64,000 nucleotides of DNA from a virus (IMGVR_UViG_3300047476_000704:1-64000); one strand, 5' to 3'. Shown: positions 1 to 13,098, counted from the first letter of the stretch. The notes: a model not told the origin generated them from the sequence alone. Numbers and translations are program-made.

Positions 1-31
1 GGATTATATTTTCTAAATAATGTACCATAAT

Positions 32-1144
32 TTAATTACTTAAAGGTGCTTTAATTGTTGGGTGAAATTCATAACCATTTAGTTCAAAACAATCTGGTCT
101 ATATGATAATATTTTTTCACTAAATGATTTTGGTCCCATATGTTGTTTTACTTTTTCGTGCTGATACCAATTTCTTTCTGTTATTGTAACAGTTGGTAAA
201 TCGTATGGTGTTCTATTGATTTGCTCTTTGGCTTGCTCAATATGATTTTTGTATAAATGTACATCTCCCAAATTACCAATCAACTCATCAGGTATCATAT
301 TAACTTCTTTTGCAATAATCTCCAATAACAATCCATAAGATGCTATGTTAAATGGTAATCCTAAAAATGTATCTACACTTCGTTGATTCCACATTAGAGA
401 GATTGTTCTTTTTGGGATGTTATTTTCATCCATTCTTTTGAGTTTAAGTTCATCAATTAAATGATGAATAAAGATGTTTTTTTCATTAGAATAAATACCG
501 TCTAACTTACTGATTTGGATTTGGCATCTCTCTTCAAAACTCAACTCTCTCGTATAAACTTGGAATCCATAATGACAAGGTGGTAAAACCATTTGGTCTA
601 ACTCCGCCACATTCCAAGCATTCACCATCAATCTTCTACTATCTGGATTTGTTTTAAGGTCATGTACCAATCGTAGTATTTGGTCATACCACAATGAACC
701 TTTCTCATTACCATTCATATCCATCCAACCTTGCCACTGTCTCCATTGTTTTCCATAGATTGGTCCTAAATCACCCCACTCTTTGGCAAATACTTCATCG
801 GTTTTGATTTTGTTGGTGAATTGTTCTTTCGTTAAATAGTGTTCGTGTCCTATTGGTGCGTTATGTAAATACACTTTATAAGCATCACCATCCCAAATGT
901 GGCAATCATAATCCAATAAGAATTTGATGTTAGTATCACCTCTTAAAAACCATAGGAGTTCAGTCACCATAGTTTTCCATGCCATCTTCTTTGTGGTTAG
1001 TAATGGAAACCCTTGTGACATTCTGTGGCGAATCTGTCTACCAAATACTGAAATAGTACCAGTACCAGTTCTATCACTTTTCTCAACCCCGTTATCTAAA
1101 ATATCTTCTAATAAATCTTGGTACTTTTTATCAATTGTGTTCAT
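32..1144 (-). CDS. thyA: Thymidylate synthase
   Basis: DRTGTGT, FPLLTTKK, LPPCH catalytic Cys, NQRSVD and LGLPFNIASY motifs; longer than E. coli ThyA because of insertions. Confidence 0.97.
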   Translation of the reverse strand: MNTIDKKYQDLLEDILDNGVEKSDRTGTGTISVFGRQIRHRMSQGFPLLTTKKMAWKTMVTELLWFLRGDTNIKFLLDYDCHIWDGDAYKVYLHNAPIGHEHYLTKEQFTNKIKTDEVFAKEWGDLGPIYGKQWRQWQGWMDMNGNEKGSLWYDQILRLVHDLKTNPDSRRLMVNAWNVAELDQMVLPPCHYGFQVYTRELSFEERCQIQISKLDGIYSNEKNIFIHHLIDELKLKRMDENNIPKRTISLMWNQRSVDTFLGLPFNIASYGLLLEIIAKEVNMIPDELIGNLGDVHLYKNHIEQAKEQINRTPYDLPTVTITERNWYQHEKVKQHMGPKSFSEKILSYRPDCFELNGYEFHPTIKAPLSN

Positions 1145-1752
1145 TATCTAATATATACAAAATTGGTTATACAATATCTACCATATCCGCTATACGGCTC
1201 TACCTGTTCAATCATTTTAATAGGTGTTACTTCATGCAATCTCCAAGATGGAAATATAACTAACCTATTGTTTTTATATTCAATTCCAGCATCTAACTCT
1301 GGTAATATTAAATCACCACCCTCAAACTTTTTAGGTTCTTTATGACACCAATATAGATATGTTAAGATTGATGTATCAGTATGTGCTTTGTAATAATCTT
1401 TTTCTTCATAATAACTTATTAAGGTTGCATCATAGTTGGTGTGGTGTATATACTTAAAGCAATTATCCATACCATCAAAGTTTTCCGTAACCGCTGGTGA
1501 AAATAGCTTTCTATTTAAAGTTAGTATGTTTGATAATTCGCGTCTAACATAGATACCATCTAAAAATATAGCAGAGTTTTGTTTTAACGCTTCACCGGTG
1601 TTCAAATCATGTGCAGTACCAGTTTCTTCGGGTGGCATTAATTTTCTATCATAGGTTAGAAAATCTAATTCTTTCCAAATATCTATTTGTTCTTCATTTG
1701 TATAGAAATCATCTATAACCAAAAAATCTTCTGAATAACTTGTTATTTTCAT
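1144..1752 (-). CDS. 2OG-Fe(II) oxygenase, prolyl-4-hydroxylase-like
   Basis: HxD (YKAHTD), FEGGDL, distal His (LHEVTP), Arg (GRY). Confidence 0.88.
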   Translation of the reverse strand: MKITSYSEDFLVIDDFYTNEEQIDIWKELDFLTYDRKLMPPEETGTAHDLNTGEALKQNSAIFLDGIYVRRELSNILTLNRKLFSPAVTENFDGMDNCFKYIHHTNYDATLISYYEEKDYYKAHTDTSILTYLYWCHKEPKKFEGGDLILPELDAGIEYKNNRLVIFPSWRLHEVTPIKMIEQVEPYSGYGRYCITNFVYIR

Positions 1753-1753
1753 A

Positions 1754-2365
1754 TTACTTTCCTACCGATGGATATACAAATAAAAATTTTGAGATAGAAT
1801 ATCTACCTTTACCTCGTCCAACTTCACTCATTGATATAGGTGATACTGAATGTACATTGTGTGATGGGAATATAACCAATCTATTGTTTTTCATACCAAT
1901 AACCTCACCAATTTGATGTAGAGTTAAATCACCACCCTCAAATACTTTTGGTTCTTTATAGCACCAATATAAACAAGTTAGAATTGCTGCATCAGTATGC
2001 GGTTTATAGTGGTCATTATTCTCATAGTAATTCAATAGAGTCCTATCAAAGTTCACATAAAATGCATACTTAAATTCAGGACTCATTGTTGAAAATCTCT
2101 CATATATTTCTGGACAAATAAACTTATCATACATATTAAGTATTGATGAGTCCTCTCTATTTTCATAGTAATCATCCAAAAATATACCAGAGTTTTTCTT
2201 TATAATTGTACCATCATCACCCTTTGCTCCCGCAGTTTCGGATGGTGGTTGTAGTGCATTTTTACTTTGTATAGTATCCAATTCTCCCCATAACGATAGC
2301 AACTCGCTTTGATTAAAGAAATCATCTACAATTAAATATTGTTTGGAATTACTTGTAATTTGCAT
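1754..2365 (-). CDS. 2OG-Fe(II) oxygenase, tandem paralog
   Basis: YKPHTD, FEGGDL, HSVSP, GRY; alignable by eye with 1144-1752. Confidence 0.88.
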   Translation of the reverse strand: MQITSNSKQYLIVDDFFNQSELLSLWGELDTIQSKNALQPPSETAGAKGDDGTIIKKNSGIFLDDYYENREDSSILNMYDKFICPEIYERFSTMSPEFKYAFYVNFDRTLLNYYENNDHYKPHTDAAILTCLYWCYKEPKVFEGGDLTLHQIGEVIGMKNNRLVIFPSHNVHSVSPISMSEVGRGKGRYSISKFLFVYPSVGK

Positions 2366-2744
2366 ATCCCGCTTTTTGTTTTAGTTTTCGGTTTTCCTCA
2401 AAGTAATCTTCGTTTACCTTTTCACTATAATCTTCACTAAACATAGCGTATCTGATAAATTCTTTACGATTAGCTTTGTCCAACCCACTCAAACCAAACT
2501 CATACTTACCAACCAGTATTTTTAGAGTCTCAACCTCTTCATCTCTGATTCGGTTTTTCATTTCATACTCACCTTGTAATCCATCTATTACACTTTGCAA
2601 TGAATCAATTGTACGAGTTTGAATCTCATAGTTTTCTTTACTCATTGCAACAATTGGCTTGTATTCTTTGTATTTTTCAGATAATGCAAGTATAATAATT
2701 GAAGCCATCAGTATTAGAGGCGAATATCTTAAAAACTTATCCAT
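2349..2744 (-). CDS. Membrane-anchored coiled-coil hypothetical protein
   Basis: N-terminal hydrophobic stretch followed by heptad-like region. Confidence 0.55.
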   Translation of the reverse strand: MDKFLRYSPLILMASIIILALSEKYKEYKPIVAMSKENYEIQTRTIDSLQSVIDGLQGEYEMKNRIRDEEVETLKILVGKYEFGLSGLDKANRKEFIRYAMFSEDYSEKVNEDYFEENRKLKQKAGYANYK

Positions 2745-2750
2745 ATTAGT

Positions 2751-4947
<2,197 letters not shown>

Positions 4948-4951
<4 letters not shown>

Positions 4952-5751
4952 ACTAATGCGTTTAATTTAGATTGTGCTTTTTGAATTAGTTTTTTAGAAG
5001 TTTCAATATCTTGCTTTTTCCAACCTATGTTTCTTTTCTTCCAATAATCTATACCACTTTCTTCGTATTCTTTTTTTTGTTGGTTAAAATAATTCTCATC
5101 ATTTTTGTAGTTTTTCTTTCCATCATCCGATAACTCTTTCCAATTTGGGAATTTCCAAGGTTTTCCCATTATATTATCTCCGGATTGTATTTTATCCAAA
5201 ATTTGTTTATCGGTAAGTTTAGAAGCAGCTTCTACTTCTTTTTGTAACATTTCTATTCGGGTCTCATTGAATTTAATATCCTTTTGTAGTTTCTCACCTT
5301 TACTTAACTTACTCAACTCTGCTTTTAACTTTTGAGTTTCAGCTGATTGACCGGTTTGTGGTAAGGTTGTTTTGGTTAGATAACGAAAGTGTAATTTCTG
5401 AATGTTGTATCCACCCGCGTAGATTACTTCGGTGTTGAATGGGTATTTATTACCATCTCTCTCAATTATACATTTGATTTGAAATGCTCCTTTGGAAGAA
5501 TTTCTTACATCAACATTACTCATTTTATCGGTAGGTAGAGTGTATTTTTCTAATGCTCTAACCATATCATATTTTAATACAATTTCGGTATAATAAGCAT
5601 CATATTTGGTAAACTCTCTATCTTCTTTTTTATAACTTTTTTTGGTATCCTCAATAATATTAGCAATCAAAGGTTTTAACTCCACCAACAATCTGTTGAT
5701 TAGTGGGTTTTTAGTTTCTCCTTCGTTTAATAAATTTTTGAGCTTTATCAT
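4948..5751 (-). CDS. Hypothetical protein, probable head-internal protein
   Basis: Long ORF beginning MIKLKNLLNE. Confidence 0.6.
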
Positions 5752-5810
5752 AATATATCTTTTGGTACTTACAAATATAAGTATATTATTTGATATTTCC
5801 TAATTTCTGC

Positions 5811-6578
5811 TTAATATTTTTCTATTTTTTTATAGTCTAATATCTCAATTGGCTTTATTATTATTTCATTCCAAAGTGCAGTTTTGTTTTCTTTACACTT
5901 TTCCCAATTCCTACATAAATTGTTTTCATTATCTGGATAGGAAAATCTGAATAAATTTGCTGCTCTATCACCATTATCTATCACCAACGATTTAACATCC
6001 GATTGAAATGCTGCTACCAATTTACCTCTAATCTTTAGTAATATATTACTTTCAGGTCTAAAGAATGATTTAGCTTGTGTAGTGAATGTAGATATAGAAA
6101 ATTGTGCTTTATTATCTATACTATCTTGCAAGTTTTTCAATCCGGCTTCATCCGTCCAATGTAGTGATATAACTTCCTCATCCGTAGTACCATATGTATC
6201 TTTTGTAAATCTTTTATCCAAAAGGATATATGGTTCAATAGCTCCTCTACTATAAAAGAATGCAAACTTATCATCATTTATATCTACTATGTACTCTGCA
6301 AATTCATCTGCAAGTGACCAAACTCTATGATTAACAAAATCTTCAATAAAATCTAATACATTTTTTTGAGTCAAATCATTAAATCTTTGAGTCTCTACAT
6401 ACAATTGAAATCCAAACCATTTATGTACCAATGTAATTAGTTCTGGATTATTATCAATCATACCACCTCTAGTATCAAACCCTTTCTTTTGTAAAGATAA
6501 AAACTCGTTAGCAACGGCTTCCCATTCTGCTATTGTAGCAAAACTAGTATATGGGTGAAAATATCCTCTTACTTCCAT
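5811..6578 (-). CDS. Hypothetical protein
   Basis: 255-aa ORF in operon orientation. Confidence 0.6.
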   Translation of the reverse strand: MEVRGYFHPYTSFATIAEWEAVANEFLSLQKKGFDTRGGMIDNNPELITLVHKWFGFQLYVETQRFNDLTQKNVLDFIEDFVNHRVWSLADEFAEYIVDINDDKFAFFYSRGAIEPYILLDKRFTKDTYGTTDEEVISLHWTDEAGLKNLQDSIDNKAQFSISTFTTQAKSFFRPESNILLKIRGKLVAAFQSDVKSLVIDNGDRAANLFRFSYPDNENNLCRNWEKCKENKTALWNEIIIKPIEILDYKKIEKY

Positions 6579-6601
6579 TACAAATAATTTATTGTTTAGA
6601 A

Positions 6602-7228
6602 TTACTTTTCATCATGTATAAAATTGGAAATATATCCAGATAATCTATTTGCTTCTGCTGATAAGTAAGTTAATTGGTCTTGTTTTAATACCTTTGGTCT
6701 CGTTACCCATTCTATACCAATTACACCAATGAACTCATTTTTACCCATATTAAATAGTGCAAACATATAGCAAGATTTAGTACCAACTGCCTCTGCCCCA
6801 CCCTTTAATCCAAATGTGGCAATAGTTTCATCCTTGTAATCATTTATAAATATACTACCATTTTTTAGTAATTCATCAAACGCTCTTGAATATAATGAAG
6901 CAGGTATGTTTCTAAATGTATGTGCTATTGGTGATATACCTACTGCGGTTGTTTCGTGAAATATAGAGAACTTTTGTATTGATTTTGTAGAATGTAAAAA
7001 CTTTCCACCATTATGAAATTGAGAAATCCAAACTCTATCCGCATGAATAGTATCTAAAATTATTTCAATCTCTTCATTGATTACACAACTTTTAGCCAAT
7101 TCCTTTTTAACAACATCTTCCGGTGTTTCTTTGGACAATTTGGCTTTAACCCACTCAACAACGGCGGGACCTAATGTAGATACTATAAAAGCAGTTGCAA
7201 TACTAGCTATTATCTCTATATTATTCAT
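6602..7228 (-). CDS. Single-TM protein with GAF-like domain (holin-like candidate)
   Basis: N-terminal TM helix; ADRVWISQFHNGG and FIGVIGIEW strands typical of GAF folds. Confidence 0.55.
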   Translation of the reverse strand: MNNIEIIASIATAFIVSTLGPAVVEWVKAKLSKETPEDVVKKELAKSCVINEEIEIILDTIHADRVWISQFHNGGKFLHSTKSIQKFSIFHETTAVGISPIAHTFRNIPASLYSRAFDELLKNGSIFINDYKDETIATFGLKGGAEAVGTKSCYMFALFNMGKNEFIGVIGIEWVTRPKVLKQDQLTYLSAEANRLSGYISNFIHDEK

Positions 7229-7229
7229 A

Positions 7230-8963
7230 TTAGTCTTGGTCAGGATTTCCTTTATAGTATCTGTTTATAGAGTGAAGATAATCACTTGCTAACGCAGATT
7301 TTGCTTGAACCCAAGCTGGTACATCAAAGTTTTCACCTTTTGATTGAATTGTTTGTTGAAGACCTTGTGCTGATTCTATTGCAGATGTTATACTACTGAT
7401 AAACATTCCACTTTCATCTGCGGTTGTATCCATATCTTCTTTAATGATACCCTCAATTCTCAATCTATCTGTAACATCCGTTACTTCATCATAGTCAGAA
7501 TTTCTCAATTCATCCTCAACATCTCTTCTAGTTGCTTTTGGGTCTTTACAAATAATACTTGCTAATTTCTTACGAGTAAATGAACCACCCTTATCCCAAA
7601 GAGACATGATTGCTTTATAATGCCAATCGTTTGTAGTTACTTCCGTTACTTCTTTCTTTTGTGAAAATGGTTTCCACAATCCTCTACTATCAATTTCCTT
7701 TGATGTTGATGGTGCAACTTTAGCATCCTTTTGGTGTGGATACTTCATTGGGTTGTATGGTTCTAATTCATCAGTATTTACATTACCATCTGCATCGGTT
7801 TTTGTTTCACCTCGTTCATCACCCAATCTTACAATACCAACTGTCTTTGTTCTTTTGTTATATACAACCGAATCTACACCCATATCGTTCTTTGGTGCTT
7901 CCGCATTAGCATCTGCTTTCTTTTGTTGAATACCTATTTGGTCTGCAAACTCATTTGATATTTTAACCAAATCTTTGATTGGCATATCAATTACTCTTAC
8001 ATTCATCATAGCAGGTTTACCACTTGCTACTGCTGCCGATGTAACTGCTGCCCATCTGTGATGACCATCTAATACATATCCATCGTTTGATACATAGATA
8101 GGTGCGGTAATCTTTGGATGATTTGGTTCTGTTTCCAATGCTTTAGTCATACCTGCTACCTTTGCTCCAACTAATTCAGTTTGAGTTGCTTTCAATTGGT
8201 CTGCCGGTACTTCTTGTGGTTCTGATACTGCTACACCATTCTTCTTTAATAGAACTTTGAATTGTGCTTCCGTATCTACTTCACCACCATTATCTTTTGG
8301 TAATTTATCTGCAATTGAACCTGGTTTTGCGTATCCTTTGAATTGTGGCATATCCTCACGAGGAATACCTTTGTTTCCTTTACAATATAAGTTAGTGCCA
8401 GGAATAGTAATATCACATAGATTAAAGTTTGGTGCTTTCTCACCCTTTGCTTTAGCTTCTGCTGCTGCTTTTGCTAATTGGTCTATTTTCATAGATACCA
8501 TACTACGGAACTTTTGTGGAATATCTTTGATGTGTGATTGTTTATCTACATCTAATTTAGGTCCTTTAGTTGGTTCTGCTTTTACTTGTCCACCATTATC
8601 AGCTTTAGCTTTTGCTATATCCTTTGATGTTGGTTTTGTATGGATTGCTGGGTTTGCCTTCTTTACCGAATATACATTACCCGTCTTTTTATTCTTTACT
8701 ATCGTATCTTCACCCAAATCAATTGGCTCACCTGCTAATGCTTTTTCAAACGCAGCTTCTGCTCTATCTACCAAATCTTGGTGATGTTGCATTTCTTTGT
8801 GCAAAGCAATAAGGTATGGTTTTATTTTAGCTTTAGTATGCGCATCACCAACTTTAAATTGGTCAATTAAAGAACGCTGTTCTTTTTCTTTTGCTTGATA
8901 TTGCTGAACCGCTCTTTGGTATAGCTCTGATGCTTTCTTAAATTGTGAAGATATATTTGCCAT
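7230..8963 (-). CDS. Multi-module protein with ParB-like domain
   Basis: QTELV...IYVSNDGYVLDGHHRWAA ParB-like motif plus several small modules. Confidence 0.65.
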   Translation of the reverse strand: MANISSQFKKASELYQRAVQQYQAKEKEQRSLIDQFKVGDAHTKAKIKPYLIALHKEMQHHQDLVDRAEAAFEKALAGEPIDLGEDTIVKNKKTGNVYSVKKANPAIHTKPTSKDIAKAKADNGGQVKAEPTKGPKLDVDKQSHIKDIPQKFRSMVSMKIDQLAKAAAEAKAKGEKAPNFNLCDITIPGTNLYCKGNKGIPREDMPQFKGYAKPGSIADKLPKDNGGEVDTEAQFKVLLKKNGVAVSEPQEVPADQLKATQTELVGAKVAGMTKALETEPNHPKITAPIYVSNDGYVLDGHHRWAAVTSAAVASGKPAMMNVRVIDMPIKDLVKISNEFADQIGIQQKKADANAEAPKNDMGVDSVVYNKRTKTVGIVRLGDERGETKTDADGNVNTDELEPYNPMKYPHQKDAKVAPSTSKEIDSRGLWKPFSQKKEVTEVTTNDWHYKAIMSLWDKGGSFTRKKLASIICKDPKATRRDVEDELRNSDYDEVTDVTDRLRIEGIIKEDMDTTADESGMFISSITSAIESAQGLQQTIQSKGENFDVPAWVQAKSALASDYLHSINRYYKGNPDQD

Positions 8964-8966
8964 TCT

Positions 8967-9344
8967 CTATTTTAATGTTAGTAAGTATTTTGTTTTATTA
9001 CATTTAGCTATCAACTCATCTCGTAAGTTTAATAGGTCCGTATCTTTTCTAGCATCAGTAGCATCTGTAAGATTGGTTGATTTTTCAATCATATCATCAA
9101 TTGCAGTAATTACATTTGCATCACTAATGTTTACAAAATCATACGATAAACCGGATACATCAACTCTACCATATTTGCCCATTGCAGTTTCAGTAAAATC
9201 ATCAACTAATTCAGTTACACCATCAAACAATTCACCCAATGCAATATGTTTTGCATAGATTTTAGTTTGCCAATGAAAGAACTTCAATGCATTTGCAAAG
9301 TGTTGAATATCAAATATGTATTGTTGTAAGTCTTTATTTTCCAT
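8967..9344 (-). CDS. Ferritin/Dps-like protein (DUF5856-like)
   Basis: LKFFHWQT...HIALGELFD...DDFTE four-helix pattern. Confidence 0.7.
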   Translation of the reverse strand: MENKDLQQYIFDIQHFANALKFFHWQTKIYAKHIALGELFDGVTELVDDFTETAMGKYGRVDVSGLSYDFVNISDANVITAIDDMIEKSTNLTDATDARKDTDLLNLRDELIAKCNKTKYLLTLK

Positions 9345-10594
9345 TATCTAAAATTGTTTCTTGTTATCTTGCTAATTAAATCGTAATCTTTTGGGTCTAA
9401 TTTTTTCTTCAAAACCTTTGCAAAATCTACTGTTCTTGGATGTGATACCGCGTGCTTAATATCTTCATCTTTTTCTAATTCTTTTTCTAATTGGTGTATT
9501 CTACTCATATTCTTTAATGAACTCCAAGCATTTTTAACACCCTGAATAATACTCTTTATACCATTCATCGTTGTATCTTTTGATGATTTTAAGAACTCAC
9601 CAATCATATATCTAATTAAAAATCTTAAAAAGAAACCACCTGCTGCTATACCAATCATTTGCAATCCATTCATTACAACATCCGATATATCTTCGTTTAG
9701 TTTAGATTCGGTTTGAACTTTTTTTTTTAAAATAGCTCTAACACTTTCTTTGATTTCTTTTACTTTTTTTCTTTCGTAGTATAATTCTTTTAGTGAGTTG
9801 AATACTTGCTCATCACCTTTTACTCCTTCTCTCCAAGCACCACCTTTCTTCTCATACATTTTGATGCGTTCAACAACAGGTCTTCCTTCACATACCTTAC
9901 CAGTTGCGTTCCATAAAACTCTATTTGTTGGTAGTGGGAAATTCTTTTGAGTTCTGTTGTTTGGTAAATCTTCAATTGATGCCATAGTAGCATTTTGATT
10001 TACATCAGCTGATTCGTTTTGTAATTTATCCCAAAACTTATCTACATATGGTTTTAATTCCGCATAATGATTTGGGTATTTATCGTATTCTTTTTTAGAA
10101 ATAACTTTAAAATCAGGATTAAAATTAAATTGAGAACCTTTTGGTTTTCTCACTTTAAATTTATCTTTGTAATATAGCTGTACTGGGTGAGGACCCATTG
10201 CACTATAATCTGCGGCAAATTGTCCTTTATAAAAAGCATAATATATGTTTTCTGGCTTTCCGGTTTTAATTTGCTTTTCGTTATAAGTTAGTTCGTTTAC
10301 CGATTCACTTCTAAAACACCCACAACTTGCATCATATCCTTTCATAGTGTTTTCTACACTAACGCCTGATATTGCTGCTGATGGTAAATCCTCGTCTTCC
10401 AAATCTACTTTGTTTTCTTTCTTAACGTGGTTTGGTAAACCTTTGTGTTTTGTAGATGCGAAATCCCTTGCTGCTTTATCAGTCATTGAATCTGCTGCTT
10501 TCTCAACTTCGGGTGATGGGTTCTCTAAATCACCCTTTTGAGCGGCGTGAACCATTCCCATAAATCGTTGTTGTGCTTTTGATTGTGCTGGCAT
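9344..10594 (-). CDS. Modular protein with DUF3008-like N-terminus
   Basis: MPAQSKAQQRFMG...DFASTKHKGLP. Confidence 0.65.
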   Translation of the reverse strand: MPAQSKAQQRFMGMVHAAQKGDLENPSPEVEKAADSMTDKAARDFASTKHKGLPNHVKKENKVDLEDEDLPSAAISGVSVENTMKGYDASCGCFRSESVNELTYNEKQIKTGKPENIYYAFYKGQFAADYSAMGPHPVQLYYKDKFKVRKPKGSQFNFNPDFKVISKKEYDKYPNHYAELKPYVDKFWDKLQNESADVNQNATMASIEDLPNNRTQKNFPLPTNRVLWNATGKVCEGRPVVERIKMYEKKGGAWREGVKGDEQVFNSLKELYYERKKVKEIKESVRAILKKKVQTESKLNEDISDVVMNGLQMIGIAAGGFFLRFLIRYMIGEFLKSSKDTTMNGIKSIIQGVKNAWSSLKNMSRIHQLEKELEKDEDIKHAVSHPRTVDFAKVLKKKLDPKDYDLISKITRNNFR

Positions 10595-10634
10595 ATCTTT
10601 TTATATATAGTTTTACCAATATAAATATATAAAT

Positions 10635-11831
10635 TTAAACTTTAACTAATGAATTTTGATACTCCGTTAGTTTATTTACCGATATATCAAATACATCATA
10701 CCTAAATTTTCCCAATGAATTGTTATCAGTAATAACCATAGGTAACATAGTTAGGAATTGAAAACGATTGTGGTCCGCAAGTAAATCATCACAATTGCAC
10801 TTAACTACTACATCATTATAGGTTGCTGCATCTAATGGTTTAAACTTTTTATTTATATCAATGTTAGTAAATCGTAATTCGCTGGATAAATAATCAACTG
10901 CTATTTCAGTATCACAATGAATTGTTGAAAAGTATGGTTCTAAATATCCAATAACATCTTCTCTTGCATTTTCCAAAACCAAACCAATATCATATTTTGG
11001 AATGATTGTTGGGTATTGGTATTCATTATACAATGGAGTTGTTCCCCATTTGCGAATAAACTCTCTAGTCTGCCTCATAGCAAGATGATTCCAATCATCA
11101 CTTTTCTTTTGTAAATCATCCGTTTGATTCGCGTGTTCAAATTGTCCACCTCTACAAGTTAAATGATAAACTAATGCATTCCAAGGTTGGATGAAATCAT
11201 AACCATTCAATAAGAAACGATTAAACAAATCCCTATCCTCACTATGCGATTTCATAATTGGGTCATGCCCACCCACCGATAAGAAATCATCTCTATGGAT
11301 TAACCAAGGTGCAAATACACCTTTGGTTGTTCTATCGTTATCTAAATTATGTTCTACAAAATCATTAAACCTTTGTTTCATAAACCCATCCTTCACATCT
11401 TCCTCTGGCCATAACCCAAAGTTCTCAACTATCTTTGCTGGGTCTGATGGGTGTAGTGGTGGTTCAATTCTTGTAGCAGATACTACCATACCTTTATGCC
11501 AATTTTTATATAGATTTAAATCCATATCTTTACCAGCTAACATATCTGCATGATATATTACTACAAACTCCGTAGTTGCTTTCTCTACCAATAAGTTATA
11601 TGCACTACCAATACCATACAATTCAGTATGTGGGTTCTTATGATAATCTACACCATTCTCCTTACACCAATCTTCTGTACCATCGTTATCAGCATCTATG
11701 AATACTAATATCTTATGCTCTTTGTTATAGCAGTTCTCTCTAATGTATTGAACCGCATGTTTTAAGTATCGTAAGTTATTCTTACTGGTGATACAAAATG
11801 TAAAATCTGGTATTATTTCTATTGTTTCCAT
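10635..11831 (-). CDS. Glycosyltransferase family 2
   Basis: FIDADNDGT, YHADM (DxD-like), SEDRD, VYHL. Confidence 0.88.
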   Translation of the reverse strand: METIEIIPDFTFCITSKNNLRYLKHAVQYIRENCYNKEHKILVFIDADNDGTEDWCKENGVDYHKNPHTELYGIGSAYNLLVEKATTEFVVIYHADMLAGKDMDLNLYKNWHKGMVVSATRIEPPLHPSDPAKIVENFGLWPEEDVKDGFMKQRFNDFVEHNLDNDRTTKGVFAPWLIHRDDFLSVGGHDPIMKSHSEDRDLFNRFLLNGYDFIQPWNALVYHLTCRGGQFEHANQTDDLQKKSDDWNHLAMRQTREFIRKWGTTPLYNEYQYPTIIPKYDIGLVLENAREDVIGYLEPYFSTIHCDTEIAVDYLSSELRFTNIDINKKFKPLDAATYNDVVVKCNCDDLLADHNRFQFLTMLPMVITDNNSLGKFRYDVFDISVNKLTEYQNSLVKV

Positions 11832-12478
11832 TATTCTCCTACGTCTACCACGTGTCTATCCCAACCTATGTGCTTACAATATCCTTTTGTGAATATCATA
11901 GCAAAGTATTCTCTTTCGTAATAGTATTTACTTATTTCTAACTCTCTACCAATCGGTGTGTATCCATCCTTTGGATAATCTTTCATCTTTCGTAATGATG
12001 GATTGAATGTGAATCCATGCCAATGACCATCAAATCCCCAAATCAATCTACGAACTCCTCTACCATTCACATTGTATGTTGGGTCTATGGATGGATGCGG
12101 CGTATCGTTGGGGTCTCTTGTCCATACACACACAATCTTTTCATCCAAATCAATTACATCCAAACATGCTTCAATGAAACCTTCTTTATAGAACTCCCAA
12201 TCTTCTTCCATATGGAATACATAATCAGTTGTAACCATAGAATATGCTTTATCTATACTACGAACTTGCCCTATGTTTTGTGGGTTATCTATAAACTTTA
12301 TTAGTGGATACTTCTTGATTAGTTCATTGTTGCACCCAACTACACCACTATCATCAATCACTATAAACTTTTTGATTGGATATGTGTTAAACTTATGGAA
12401 ACTATCCAAAGTTTTCTCTAACAAATCTGGTCTGTTACACGATGTAACTACAACTGAAACTTCTTTATAGTTGCTCAT
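11831..12478 (-). CDS. Glycosyltransferase family 2
   Basis: VVVTSCNRPDLL, IDDSG, HMEEDW. Confidence 0.85.
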   Translation of the reverse strand: MSNYKEVSVVVTSCNRPDLLEKTLDSFHKFNTYPIKKFIVIDDSGVVGCNNELIKKYPLIKFIDNPQNIGQVRSIDKAYSMVTTDYVFHMEEDWEFYKEGFIEACLDVIDLDEKIVCVWTRDPNDTPHPSIDPTYNVNGRGVRRLIWGFDGHWHGFTFNPSLRKMKDYPKDGYTPIGRELEISKYYYEREYFAMIFTKGYCKHIGWDRHVVDVGE

Positions 12479-13091
12479 AGAAATCGTTTTGTTTTCTTTG
12501 ACGTTCTATATCTTTAATGTGTTTGATTGAATATACTTCTTCTGGTGGGAAAATAGAATAACTTTCATATCCTTGTACTTTTTCATGCACTTTACCTGCC
12601 CAAAATATTCCTTGTTTGTTTCGGTACAATCTACCTTGTACATCTGGATAATTTACCCAACCTTGCTCATTGATATTCCATCCCCACTTTATAATATCAT
12701 CGGGTGTTAAACCATTTACAATGTTGATACGTGGTAACCAAAACATATCTATTTGTGGGTTTCCCTCTAAAATAGTATGTAAATTTGCAATCAAATCGGG
12801 TTCCAAATCTTCATCCGCATCTAATTGAAAAATCCAATCACCACTACAATTTTGATTTAGATGTTGTTTGAATTGCCCAAAATCACCATTTAATGGATAT
12901 GATACTAATTTCTGAATTGAACCATCAATTACAGATTTATTTAGATATTCAACAACCGGAACAGTTGCCGTTGGTGAGTCAAACTGAACTACAATTTCAT
13001 CCTCCTCACGTTTGTGAGCAGATAATCGTTGTATAAGATTTTGTATCTCAACTAATTCGTTGGATACTGTAACTGCGTAACTAATTTTCAT
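12465..13091 (-). CDS. Glycosyltransferase family 2 (LPS glucosyltransferase-like)
   Basis: WIFQLDADE, RLYRN...VHE. Confidence 0.88.
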   Translation of the reverse strand: MKISYAVTVSNELVEIQNLIQRLSAHKREEDEIVVQFDSPTATVPVVEYLNKSVIDGSIQKLVSYPLNGDFGQFKQHLNQNCSGDWIFQLDADEDLEPDLIANLHTILEGNPQIDMFWLPRINIVNGLTPDDIIKWGWNINEQGWVNYPDVQGRLYRNKQGIFWAGKVHEKVQGYESYSIFPPEEVYSIKHIKDIERQRKQNDFYEQL

Positions 13092-13098
13092 AATCTAT

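Noticed and set aside
32-1144. Intein or intron in the long ThyA
   Set aside because: Extra segments are short, in frame and lack intein Cys/Ser...HN termini
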